Assembly: GCA_904063045.1 (NCBI GenBank)
Contig: CAJFCJ010000002.1
Coordinates: 1,324,422-1,388,421 of the forward strand
Direction of reading: 5' to 3'
Source: Dimorphilus gyrociliatus
Taxonomy: Eukaryota; Animalia; Annelida
DNA: 64,000 nucleotides
The notes beneath the pieces are model-generated. The model worked only from the letters and a program-made list of their open reading frames with translations, was not told where the DNA came from and ran no database searches. How positions within the stretch are numbered: the first letter of the stretch is position 1; every line of letters starts with the position of its first letter. A program made the translations under genes and the position numbers. This document shows, in pieces, positions 26,606 to 39,556 of this stretch.

Positions 26606-29220
26606 TCACATTTGTTTAGTAATTAAACTTCTTAAGGCTTCTACCGTTGAATCGTAACAAAAACAGTATTGATCTTTGGTTTGAATCATTCCTTGTCGTT
26701 GCTTACGCAGTTCTTGAACTATTTCTTCCAGATCAATTTCCATGTCAAGCCGGATACATTCTAAAATAGTATCGATTACAATATAAGCACCTGTCCTACC
26801 AATTCCCGCGCTACAATGGATGACAACGGGTGCATTTGTAGTTCTTAGTAAATTAACTAGACGTATATACTAAAAAACGGGGAGATTAAGTGAAAATGAA
26901 TCAAGTAGAAGATATTCAATATACCTTTAAAAACGGTTCCGCTGAATGAGGGGCAGTATTGTCTGCCCAAGACGTAAAATTTATTTGCTTTATAATCTTT
27001 ACTTCCCTGGTATGTAAATCTTCAATATCGATTTGTCTAACAATAGAATTTTGTAACACTTGTACCCTTGATAAGCGTATTTCATACCTGTTGATGATCA
27101 ACAGAAGAGGATTATATTTTGTAGATATAATGTATATATATATATACAGTATAGGGATATTCGTTGGAGGATTTGTTGAAATAGGAGGAATTAATATTGT
27201 TATAGGTAAAAGTACTAACCGATCAAATATCGTAAACGGCTGGGCAACATTGGGCGGCCAATAAGCATGACATTTTATTTTACCACCTTCTGTATCATTA
27301 GTAACCATGGCTACGCATTCGACATTATTTTCTAGTATCATCTTCCAGAAGTCGGCGGTCGTGCGTGGAAGAGGCCCCTGGGCGGCTATATAATGTAGGG
27401 TATGGTTTTCGTTTACTTTTACCCGAATATGAGAGGCATTTATGTAGTCGTCAGGGGTTGTTGAAGAGAGTTTAACGCGATTGAAATCGTCTAAAAGAAG
27501 AAAGAACACCATATAAATAAACAGGGCAACAGAATTAATTGCCATAATCTATCCCTAACACATACATGGTATAACGTTCCTGAATCTGTTCTTTGGCTTG
27601 TTTTCCAACCGTGTTCCTTCTATACAGGAATCTGATAATTTTGTATTCCTTAAAAGTTTATACTCATCCACAATTTCGTTCGAATCGATTTTCCGTTGGA
27701 AACTATCAATAACCGCCTCCAACCGTTCCCCAGTATATCGACTACCGATATATCCGTCTATTATAGGAACATTTTTCAACCAACTATCAGTTACTTTCTC
27801 TGGAACGAAGATTTTCGATTTCTTAGCAAGTAAACTACCAATTTCCTTAGCTTCCGTATCGGCGCCAATATTCTTCATTACAACAGAATCTATATCGCTA
27901 TCGGTTTCGTCCGACGGAAGTGAAGGAGTCGTAAACGTTCCATTTAATGATTGCTTAGGAGTTGCGCTCTTCCTTATAGGCTTATCTGGCGCCCTATTTA
28001 ATTTGTCGTTGTTGTTTTTTTTTTGGTTAGGAGAGAAAAAAAAGCATAAAGTATAAATTTTGCTATTAATTTGTTTTTTTAAAAAAAAACAAAAAGACAA
28101 GATTGAAAATATATACGACAGAAAGGTTATGAGGATGCATTCTCGAAGCGGTATTTTACATGATCAACAACTAAACGGTTAAGCAAGCCACTTATAAGTA
28201 TTTATGAATATATATATATATATATATATATAAAATAGAACTCACATCACATTTATATCATCTTCAACCCTAAATAACCGTTATCGTTTTAGAAAAATCG
28301 AAAAAAAACATGTCAAACTGATAATATAAAGCATTTTGTTTGTTTGTTTGTTATGTTATCTTTTTTTTTATCTTTTTTTGTTATAACCTTACCGTGAAAT
28401 AGTTAATTTCAATAATTTTGGCGAATCTTTTATTAGTTCAACAGCTTGGGCGTGACTTAAGTCTAATATTGATATATCGTTCACTTCGACGATTCTATCA
28501 CCTCTTTGCAGTTTGTCATTCTTATCCTCTTTAACGATTAAGGCAGGTTTTCCGTTCCTCTCCGCTCTCTCTAATATTAATCCGAGAGAACCGCTATCCG
28601 GCTTCATTAATTCAATTACTAATAATCTCTGTCAAAGGAAAAGAGACCGCTCATCAAAAGGTCCTGGAAAAAAACATTCCGGGGGTGAAATAGAACTTAC
28701 TTTCGTGGGCAGTTGTTGAGGTATTATGTCATCTTCTGGCGTAACATCAGTGAGGGAAGTTGTTGATTCGCTTCTAGGTTTTTCCGCAGCGTTGCTTATA
28801 GGCTTGATTAGCATTTTGGATTTTTCAAATTTCCCTATAATGTCTTTAATGGGTTTTTTTACTAGTGACGATTGAGATGACTCATTCGACGTTGCTTGAA
28901 GTAAGCGGAGTGTACAAACAATAGCTGTCTGTCTTAAAAACGTGACGGCCTCATCGTGAGCCAAACCTCTCATATCAACTCCATTAACCTTTAAGAAAGA
29001 ATACTTGTTGTAATAGTTTGTTTGCTTGTTTCGTAAATATTATAAAATTATTAACTCGAATAAGTTTGTCTCCAGCTTTCAGTTGTTTACAAGAAATTGC
29101 TGGCTCGTGTAAAATATCTTTAATGTAGCAAAAGCCAGTAGTTTTTCGTCCACCGGCTACAGTAAATCCTAGCCCATGATCCCCTTTAGTCAATGTCACT
29201 TCGTATTCCTGAATATAAAC

Positions 29221-29256
<36 letters not shown>

Positions 29257-31615
29257 TATATATGCGTAAAAGATAATATAAGTATGAAATTATATCCAAA
29301 GAGAAAATGGTTTTCTCGTAACATACGCCTTGCTTAAAGCCTTCATCCTCCGATAAAAGGCCAGCATCTTTCTCGAAGTTTAAAACAGCAGAGGGTGTTG
29401 CCGAGGGAACGATTGGCATGATATTATTTTCTTCGTAGTTATTGTTTTTAATCTCGAATGCTGTTAAATATAAATACAAAACGCAATTAGTGAAAAGAGA
29501 CTAGATAGATAGATGGCTTACTTTGATTGAGGCTAATATCATTTTTTAACGTCTCCTCCATAATACCCCTTTCCATCAGTAAGCTTAGTTCTCGTTTATC
29601 TCGTATCATATGCTTTATAAACTCTTCGCTCTTATCCATAACTGCTTCACCATTTACTTCTAAGATAATATCTCTAATTTTCATCTTTTTACTCATTTGA
29701 GCTGGCCCTTTATCTATAATATCTTTGATTAATACTCTTTTCTGGCCACTAAACGAGTTATGCATCTGTGTATGTCAAATACAAATAATTAAATAGTAAA
29801 GACTCTTTAAAGTGGAATTTTTTCTTTTTTGAAAGACTTACTTCGGCTGTAAATCCAAAACCTAACTTGCTCACTCTTTTTATGTTAACAAAGTAAATAT
29901 CCCCCGGTGTAAGGTCGTCTATGTATTCATTAACGAAAATTGAAGGTGAGGAATCATCTACCAACTCACTGTCAATGAAAACTGATTCTTTGTCATTTGA
30001 TAAAAGGGATTCTTGTTCTTCTTCTTTCTGTTCATGTTTTTGCTCTTGTTCATGCTTCTGCTCCTCCACTACTTTCTCTACTTTTATAGATCGTGTTGAA
30101 CTTTTTCGACTTATATCTGAAGTCTTTGTCTCGCTCTTTCTACTGGAAGTACGCCTTAAAACATTCTCAACTTCAACGTCAGTTCCAAATATGGAATCTT
30201 CGACTGCTTTATCGGTTTGTACGCATTTGCTTTCTTTCAATTCATCGTCGGTTTGCAAACCCTGAGAATGGAGGTGTTGGTCAACGCTAACCTGTTGACT
30301 TACACTATCTACGTGAACATCTGCTAAGATTTGAAGATTGTCCCGAGGCATTAAATCACCGTGAACGTTCATGTTTTGTGATAGGAGTAACTGGAGAGGA
30401 TTAGACCCATTGGATATGATCTTAAATATCCTTTCCATTTTCAACCCTTCTACACTCTGACCATTAATTGCTAAAAGTTTGTCACCAACTTTTATTCTAC
30501 CGTTTTTAACGGCGGGGCCATCTGGTTCCATAGCTTCTATGAAAATACCATTTTCTCTTGTATTTAAAGTCATTCCTATACCATGGACAGCGTCCTTTGT
30601 AACTTGAACAACAGAAATTTTTCTCTCGTTAAACAAACTATCTACGTCGCTATGATGACGTTTGAAGCTAGTAAATGTCGCCTGATCTCTGTAACGTTTA
30701 GTCTCTTTTTCCGGGCTTCTTGTTACGTCAATCTCCTCTTGTTCCCCCCTACTTCTAAAAGGTGAAAATTAATGAAATAACATTAGAATAGCTATAAAAT
30801 AAAAAAATTGATAGGGTATATTTTTACAACATTCTATCGTAGAAAAGAGCACTTTCGTCGGTTGTTTCGCTTCTATATTTATGTGAAGATTCATTGTTTT
30901 CCTGAGCATTAGTAGGTTGAAAATATCCCGAATCTAATTGATCGTCGTTAGTTGAGAAATAGGTACCTTTACAGAATAAGAAAACAGTAGTTGATAATCG
31001 TTTATAAATGAATAATCTTGGATTACCGCTATCACTTTGATTGATAATTGAAGTTGGAGATAAATCTGTAGCTATCATTTTCATTCTAATATCGAAATGA
31101 TGTTGACTTCTACCAAGTTCAACGAGATATTGACTCCTATTAAATAAAAGAGAGATAATGATATTGAAGTGATGTAGAGAAATAAAAAGATTAATCACTT
31201 ATTGTGGCTTTCAGTAATAAAATTCATCTTTGTTGCTCTTGTACCAACATCAGTTTTAGGCGAGATGCTAAATCTTTTCTTACTAAACGATATCTTATCG
31301 ACAAAAGCCCATGAAAATCTCTAAAAGAGATGACATAAAAGAAAAATGGAGGAAATTAAATACAAATACTATAACGTATAATAGATTAGTATGTGAGTAG
31401 GTGAATATATACATTTATAATAGACTTTCGATACATTCTCTCCTCCCCAAGAGCAATTCCGTGTAAACCGATGCCAACGTAGAAATATTTACTTAATTCT
31501 TTCTTGCTCCTATAAACTTTATAGAAATGCAAACCGTATTCAGGCAATTGTTGAACATGCTGGGCATAAATAGTAAAAGACAAATATTAAAATATTATTA
31601 TAGAATTTGCTATTG

Positions 31616-31668
<53 letters not shown>

Positions 31669-33659
31669 TATATACAGTATATACAGTATATACAGTATAC
31701 AGTATATATATACAAATTTTAACACCTTTATAAACTTTAATTCGGCCTCTAAATACGATAGATCATTTAGTTTTCTATATTGTTCAATAATATTCGTTTT
31801 AACGTTGGATTTCGAATGTTGTCTTAATAGGTTGGAACATATATAATGTTCACTATGGAAGTTATGCTTCTTTAAATCGAAATCACCGTATTCGGCTTTT
31901 AATGCAAACGCAGAAGCTTCTATAGCTTCTTCCAAATTACAACTGGTTCTTTCGTATAGCAAATCTTGTCGTAGTTGTAGATAGAACATGTGAGCGGTAA
32001 AATCGTGTCTGAAATATAATAGATTACTATTTTAAAGAATTAATTGATCATTATATCTTTCTAGGAACCTTATTAAGTCTGTATTATCGACGTAAAATTT
32101 AACTCTAAAGTATAAAATTAAAGTATAAGGAACAAATTTTTGAGATTCATCTTTCCAAAGTCGACTATCCATTTTTCCGAACGACTCCTCAAATTCCAAG
32201 AAAAATTGTTCGTTATCTATGAAAGAGTAAGGAGGAAAATACTATATATGTTACTATTTATTAATATTCTTTTACCTTTGACCCTCATCAATCCAAAAAA
32301 GTATGGTTCGGGTACTTTAGTTAATTTAACAATAAATTCAAAAACCTCCTTAACAATAGTCTTTGGCGAGAGCATTATTTCAAGAATTCGTCCATTTAAT
32401 AAAACAATTTGTATTCTTCTTAAATAATTAGTTTCGTACGAACTGCATTGCGGTAGCGTATATTTCATAACTGATTTTTTACCATTTTCTATAAATTCCA
32501 CGCCGTTGGCTGCCTATTTACAAAAACAAGCGTGTAAAGTTAGATAAAAAATTTTCTACAGGCGTACCTTCTTGATAAAATCAACTTTGCTTTCCGAAGA
32601 TTTGTGTAATCTTCTTGAACGTCTATTCTCAGGAATAGGTAATCTGGGGGGAACGTTTACCCTTCTCTTAGATTGCATAATATTACCGCTCTGATCTCCG
32701 TTTAATTCCGTATCAGAGGCCGTAAACCTATTAAGAAATCTTCTTCCACGCGAATTAGATTTTTCATCGTCTTCGCTATCGCTCCAATCTGAACTAACGT
32801 TACGCAATAGTCTTAATCTATTACGGCGTTTTTTTATTCGTTTATAAGATTGCGTATACAGGGAGGACCTTTCGGAACGCGCATCGTAAACTACCTCCTC
32901 CGAACCCATAGTTGTGTTAAACGACGCTAAACTATCGTCTTCGTCCGAAAAGAAATCGTAATCAGACTCGTTGCCTAGAACCGTCTCGTACATGTCTAAT
33001 AGAATTTCCGAAGGTTTTTTCTCGGTCAGATGGTGGGCGGCAATCTAAAGTATTGAACGAATTATATAAGAAATGAACAAAGCAATTGTAAATATGAAAG
33101 ATTAACTTACGCGCTTTATTCTTAATAGAGTTGGTCGATGTTGGGGCATGTCTGAACACATTCGACTAAGAAGAGAGTCTAAGTCTTCCGAGACTTTTAA
33201 TTCCTTTTATTTTTTAAAAAAGAAAATATACGTTAATCGAAAGAATCATATAAAAGAATAAGATGCAAAAAATACAAAATAGGCCTAGCAGACCTGAGAT
33301 TCGTTTAGACCAAAATCAGCTGAATTATAGGCCGTCATTCCTAAAGAATAAACTAATGTTTTCTCAATATTATCGGCATTATTGCTTGAAGAACCATTGG
33401 ATTCTGGAGGAAGAAAATCGTCTATTTTTTCTAGATTTTGATCTTTAGATATGTCTATGCTTCCGGTTTTTTTGATGCAAATTGTATCAGGAGTTATGGG
33501 CGAGAGGTGATAGATCGTTTCCCCTAAACTTAACTTTTTTTGCAGCTTTTTCGCTCCGCCGTAAAGGATCGCCCATATTTGATTATCTTCCAGAGGAGTT
33601 TGTCGAACTTGAAGATATTCACGTAGAGAAATCGTTAAAATTTTATTCCGACGCATCAT
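26606..33659 (-). CDS. PTPN13: PTPN13 (FAP-1/PTP-BAS) ortholog: KIND - FERM - 4 PDZ - PTP
   Basis: KIND exon 33659-33294 (ISLREYLQVRQTPLEDNQIWAIL...YSLGMT), then 33203-33111 and 33044-32568. FERM starts at 32513 (RRIQIVLLNGRILE, YLQLRQDLL, LPEYGLHF). PDZs lie at ~30620-28392. PTP domain: YINASHI, YIAAQGPL, HCSAGIGRTG (26818-26795), QRQGMIQTKDQY. TGA at 26608-26606. Confidence 0.93.
31661..31706. repeat. Short tandem repeat of TATATACAG adjoining a TA run, intronic
   Basis: Direct read: about four 9-nt units plus a partial one, in a PTPN13 intron. Confidence 0.75.
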
Positions 33660-36600
33660 CTGGTTGAATTTTGCATGCTTTATATTTCGCACGTGCTTTT
33701 GCGATAATGTTTCAATGACGTAATTTCTTTGAACATTTGATTGACATCAACCTTGAATTGAAGTTTGAAAGCTGATAATCCTTATATCCGATGTCGTGAA
33801 ATCTTTTAATTTTTTATTAAAACTTAATTAGTCAACAACAGAAGGCAGCCATATTTGTTTACGATCAATGAATTTAAAAGAGAGGCGCCATCTACGGTAT
33901 TTAAACGGAACTAGTGACATCTAAAGAGGTAATTAATTAACAAGGGATTTATTTCTTAATAAACTTTCAAGAAATATATTTGACAAGAAGTGGAAGAAGA
34001 AGAAGAAGAAGAAGAGCAAGAGAGAGAGATGGACAGGAATATAGAGAAAGTAATAAAGTAAAATTTATATGCGAATAGTCGTTGTTAATTCATTAGAAAA
34101 ATTTAAATATTGATTAATTTTATACAATTTCATTAAATTAATCTCATTAGCATAATGGTACTCGTTTACAATATCATCTACATTAACGAAGTACCTTTCA
34201 ATATGTGCATATCAATCTAATTATTCATTCATTCATATTACTTAATACTTCGTTACTTGTATACTGTCTATTGGTAAAATCTAAGAAGAACTGTAAAGGT
34301 GAAACACAGCCTATAGGTTATTTATTTCCGTTTATTAATGTAAGAACATGAACACGATAGAGGAAGGAATGCAATACAGTTTATACATATTTTAGCATAT
34401 TTATCAATTTAAAACCCGCCACAACCAAACCAAATATACATACAACTAATTCTTTTGATCCTATCCTTGAGAGGATGAAAAGGATGATGTTGATAATGCA
34501 TATTTTAGTGATAAAGAAAAGAAAATAATAATTACTTGAGTGGGTGGAGACGAAACTATACTTCTTCTTCTTCTTCTTCTTCTTCTTTTCCTTACCTATA
34601 CAGCTTTCATAAAGTTAATAAATACAATTTATTTGCGAGTTTGTCACCTTTAGTCACCTACACAGACAAGTCTTTATATACGATAGCATATTAAAATGTA
34701 ATAGAATGGAAAAGAAAGCCCCTTTTTTACCCTAAGGACATTAACCTTACGCCTTATAAATAAACAAAACCCAACGATAGAGTCTTTAATCAACCAGGTT
34801 ATAGATACATATTTTCAATAAGGTTTCCTCTATCAATACAAGTACAAAAGGTCGTTAACAGTCAAAAGTACAGATAATCTAAATAAATATATTGTCGTTA
34901 TGTTTGTTTTTTTTTAATTTTTGACAAACGGAGGAGAGGTAGGTTTAGTTTTGCTTCTAAGAAAATTAATGTATCTTAAGCTTATATGTTTAATAAAAAA
35001 TAAAATATAAACTTTCCTTTTAAGAATTGTCTATTGACATATTAAAAATTGACTAAGAGACAAATTAGATATTAATAACTACAGTAGAATATACAAAGGA
35101 AAGAAAACTAAAGACAGAGAGAGAGAGAGATAGAGAGAGAAGAAAGAGAAAACATGTATAAATGGGCGTTTCTATTGTATGATTATTATTAGTAGTATAT
35201 TTTTAACATGATATAAAGTTTCTAACTTATTACGTAATGTACATTGATGTTTACAGTATATATATATATATATCATTAAATATACCGTTTGATAGAAAGT
35301 CTAAATGGAATTATAATGCGTTTCTTTTTAATAAATGTGATCATTAGGATATGTAAAATATATCTTACTCTCTAGTTTTGTACAGAATATTACCGTGAGT
35401 GAGAGAGAGAGAGAGAGAGAAACTTCAGTGTTTAATAGCTGAACAATTGTATCACATAACATTCAATTCTTTCATATTAAATCTACTCTTTTATTTAACA
35501 CAACAAAGATGCTTTTTGAACTATATATATACTGTATATACAGAATATATAGATTTAATAGAATATTTATAATATATATTACTATAAGAAATTAATAAGA
35601 TTTCTTTTATAAGTAATGATTTTATTAGGAAATAATTATTTTTTTATAAAATAAACCACGACAAAAAATTTGATACCATTCTGTTCTTTTAATAAGTATC
35701 ATTTGATATAATTAAATTGATAAAAGACTAAATGATTAATGAATAAGATGCTCTTTCTATTTTAATTAATTATTTAACAGAAAAAACAAGAAAAACAACT
35801 GCATAAAGAATTGTTTAAATTAATAAATGTACTGATTTTTTCTGTTTTTTTTTTGTTTTAGCAGACTGTTCATTAAACCGTCGTTATATGTTTTATTACT
35901 GTATATTTCTCAAAACTACCTGCTCTTTTTAAAGGAAATCGTAACGGAATCATAGGAACTGAAAAATTACTTTGTAATGTCTCTCTTTTCCTCCGTCCCA
36001 ACATGTAGATGTCATTTAGGTGTTCTGTTACCAATGCTCTCTTCTCTCGTCGATGATTTCACCGACTTTGTCAGCTAAAGGATTAATTATATTTCGTAGT
36101 ATAAAGAATTTTATCCCATTCTATTTATCTTTCTTTCCATCTCCTTTACGTCCTATGTAATATATTGTATACTATATATTATTTATATACAATTCATTCA
36201 TTCATTTATAGACGTTTTTTTCTTATACAACCAGGTTAAAATTGTCAAGAATCATTATAACTTTTCAAAAGGTAACCATAACATTACAGTTTTAAAAACA
36301 TTTTCATTGTTTAAGCGACATCTGTAGTTTATAAATGTTATTAAAAACAAGAAAATATTAACCGATATATTAGTATATATAATGTATATGGAGCATATTT
36401 AATGCAAGTTTCATAAAGTGTATTTATCTCTAATTACCCGCAATATTATTGATTAGCATAATGAGCTGTAAAAACGAACAAGTTGTTTTGTAATTACACT
36501 TGGTTGAGCGCTATATTTCCAACTAAAATTCTACAATAGGAAAGAGAAAGATGATAAATCAAGCTTTGTAAAATTGTTCGAATTTATAAATGAAAGTCTC

Positions 36601-37336
36601 TGTCTCTCTGTCTCTCTCTCTCTAGCTACTACTGTCGTTGAAAGAATAGAAAAGAGCGAATAAAGGAAACAATGGATGCGGGAGGAAAGAATAGAAAATA
36701 GGGGAATAGAACTTTTACAAACAATGTTTATAATTGCTCTTATCTAATTCTTGGACAATTTTTTTCCCTCAATAATTATTAGCTGATGTTTTATAGGTTA
36801 GACTAATTTGTTTGTTTCCCTATTTGTAGTTTATCTTCAGGAAGATAGACCAGAAGTAAAAGAAGAGAATGACAAAAGCGTTTTCTGGTTGAGGCATTGT
36901 TTAAGAATTGAATAGAGCGAGGGAGAAAACTATATGTGGATTATTTTAGACTCAATGCAATCACTAGGATAATAAAAGCTTTCCGGGGTCTATAGTATCT
37001 AAATATCACTATTTCTAGGGTATTTATTGGAATAATTGTCATTCTATTCTTAAAAGTAAATATCAAAACAGTTTACTAAGATGGTTTCCCATTTCTAGGA
37101 CACAGGCAGAAAAAAGACTTTGGCCTACAATTTCGAATAAGTAATTATAATTGTATTGATTATTTATTGATTATCTTTACTAACAAGAAAATAGAATATA
37201 AATTAACGAAAATTGGAATACTTTTTAAATAGAAATTTGTTTAAATTTAAACTCTTTAAACTGATAGAATAAATTTATAAACTTTTCTCTTCATTTTATC
37301 TTCCATCTATTTCTCTATATCTAGCATAATTTTTAT

Positions 37337-39000
37337 TTATAAACCTCTCTCTTTCATTAATTTCCCAGTTTCGGAAGCTAGACGACATGCCGGCGCGAGC
37401 TGACCTTCGAATACTACGAATAGGAGGCACTGGTTAGTTTTAACTACGGCGCAACCTATTTGTGTAGCTTCGTCTATTGAGTAGAGAGCTTCTCCTTCGT
37501 CGTAACTTCCAGGAGTAATATTTGGTAGATTACAACCTAGAGAGATTCCATGTTCTATTAGATTTTCAGGCTTACCCTGAAAGCCTTCAATTACGTATTG
37601 AATTCCTGCAAAAGTCGTTAAAAATCTTTTATATTCAATTGAAACATTAAAATAACAAATAAACAAAAGAAAACCTTCTCTATTAGGCACAAATTCATCA
37701 GGAAAATTAACTCTTATCTGACCAGACGGGAAGCTAACAATACAACAGCTTTTAACCATTTCACTTTCAACAATGTATTCCATAAGAATAGCTCTTTCCT
37801 CTTCAAAGTCATTACCGTCTTTTTCTTTTTTAATTTCCTCTGGCACCTCCGCCTCTGACTGTAGATAATGATTAATAAATAAAATTGAGAAGAATTCATA
37901 TTGTTAAATGATCATTCATCATACAATAAGCTCTATTAGACAGTTGTTAATTATATAAATGACACAAATTTGTTGAGTATATAGATGTCATTGCAGTATT
38001 TATCTATAAGAAAGTTAATATTGCTTTTCAAGATAATATTCGATGAAAAATGCATAATTTAAACGATTGTTCTAATCGTATGAGTAATATTTTTCAAAGC
38101 TTATATAGACATTACCTCTAGAGTGTCATATGTCTGTAATAATCACAAGTGAAAACCAATTGAACAGTTTATATGCTATGATAAATCAATAGAAATGGCT
38201 ATGCATATGTTTTTTTTAACACCTACCTTTATACAACTGCAACATTTACCCATATCCTCTTCTTGTTCTTGTTCTGGTTCTTGTTCTGGTTCTTGTTCTT
38301 GTTCTTGTTCTGGTTCCTGTTGTTGCTCTTCCTCTTGTTCTTCTATTATAGCTTCCTCTTTTACAACTTTTGGTTTTTCTTCTTCTGATTTCACTTCTTC
38401 TTTTACCTCTACTTTCTCTTCTTCTTTTTCTTTAATCTTTTCTTCCTTCACTTCTTCTATCTCTTCTTCTCTTTCTTCACTCTTTTCTTCCTTCACTTTT
38501 TCAACCTCTTCTTTTTTCTCTGCTTCTTTTTCTTCTTCCGCCTCTTTCTCTCCTTTTACCTCTGTTAATATCTTCTCTTTTGTCTCTTTCACCGCTTCTT
38601 CGGTCTCCTTCCTTTCTGCGTTCTCTTCCTGTTTTATCTCTTGGTGAACTTTATCGGGAGCTTCCTTTTCACTCACTGCCTCTTCGACCTCACCTTTTGC
38701 AGCACCTTCCTCCTCAACTTTTATATCTAAAGCACACGAATTCATACTTTTATATAATGTTTCATAATTTTTTTGCCCATATGATTCTGACTAATAATTA
38801 AATAATTACTACTCTCATTTTCTGCTTCCTTTTCATCTGCCTTTTCCTTATCATCCTTACTCAAATCGCTAATTTTACGCTTTAAATCAGCAATAAAAGA
38901 TAACATTTTTTTTTCCATGTTTCAATAAAACTTACAAACTAATTTTTTGTCTCACTACATAAATCCTTAAAAAGCAAACTAACGGCTGTTCTATGTCCAT
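37337..39000 (-). CDS. Glu/Lys-rich acidic protein with a C-terminal profilin-like domain
   Basis: Phase-compatible exons: ~39000-38936 (tentative), ~38868-38814, 38726-38227 (E/K-rich), 38133-38116 (18-nt microexon TYDTLE), 37858-37675 and 37605-37337, with a 69-nt in-frame intron between the last two. The C-terminus GCAVVKTNQCLLFVVFEGQLAPACRLASETGKLMKERGL matches the profilin pattern G(V/C)xxVKTNQAxLxxxY...L.DYL...G. The start codon is uncertain. Confidence 0.65.
38263..38330 (-). repeat. Coding tandem repeat (EPEQEQ units)
   Basis: GAACCAGAACAAGAACAA-type repeats within the acidic exon. Confidence 0.8.
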
Positions 39001-39499
39001 AAGAAAATTTCAATAATTCTAATTGGAAGATCTAAGTGGGGTTTCTTTATTACAAATTGAATTAATTCTAACACTATATATATTTATAATTTATTCATAA
39101 ATCTAATAGAAATTATATAATAGAGAAATAATCTTTAATATTTATCAATTGTCTTTTATCGTAAATAAAACTAATCATTCTGGTAGTTTTAGTCCCCACT
39201 TTCTCTAATATTCAAAACTCATCTAACAGCTGCAAAAACTGTACTATATGTTTCTGTAAAAATTAAAAAAAAAAGAAAAAAGAAACAATAGGCCTAATAA
39301 TTGTAATAACATCTTGTCTAAACATTATCATCTTGAAACACCGTTATATACATTAAGCTATTATTATTACTATTATACTGTATATGCATATAACTTTTTG
39401 CATTATACAAGAGAAAATCGTTGTATAAGTTTATATAAACCAAAGTAAAAATCGGTTAGTACAATCCGATGAAAATGTACAAGAATTGATTTGCTACTT

Positions 39500-39504
<5 letters not shown>

Positions 39505-39550
<46 letters not shown>
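39505..39550. repeat. (CT)n microsatellite
   Basis: Direct read. Confidence 0.95.

Positions 39551-39556
<6 letters not shown>

Noticed and set aside
27598-30290. Several plus-strand ORFs over PTPN13 (e.g. 27598-28056, 29921-30265)
   Set aside because: Antisense shadows of real exons.
38195-38647. 150-aa Ser/Phe-rich plus-strand ORF
   Set aside because: Antisense shadow of the GAA-rich acidic exon; the stop-poor frame is a compositional artefact.
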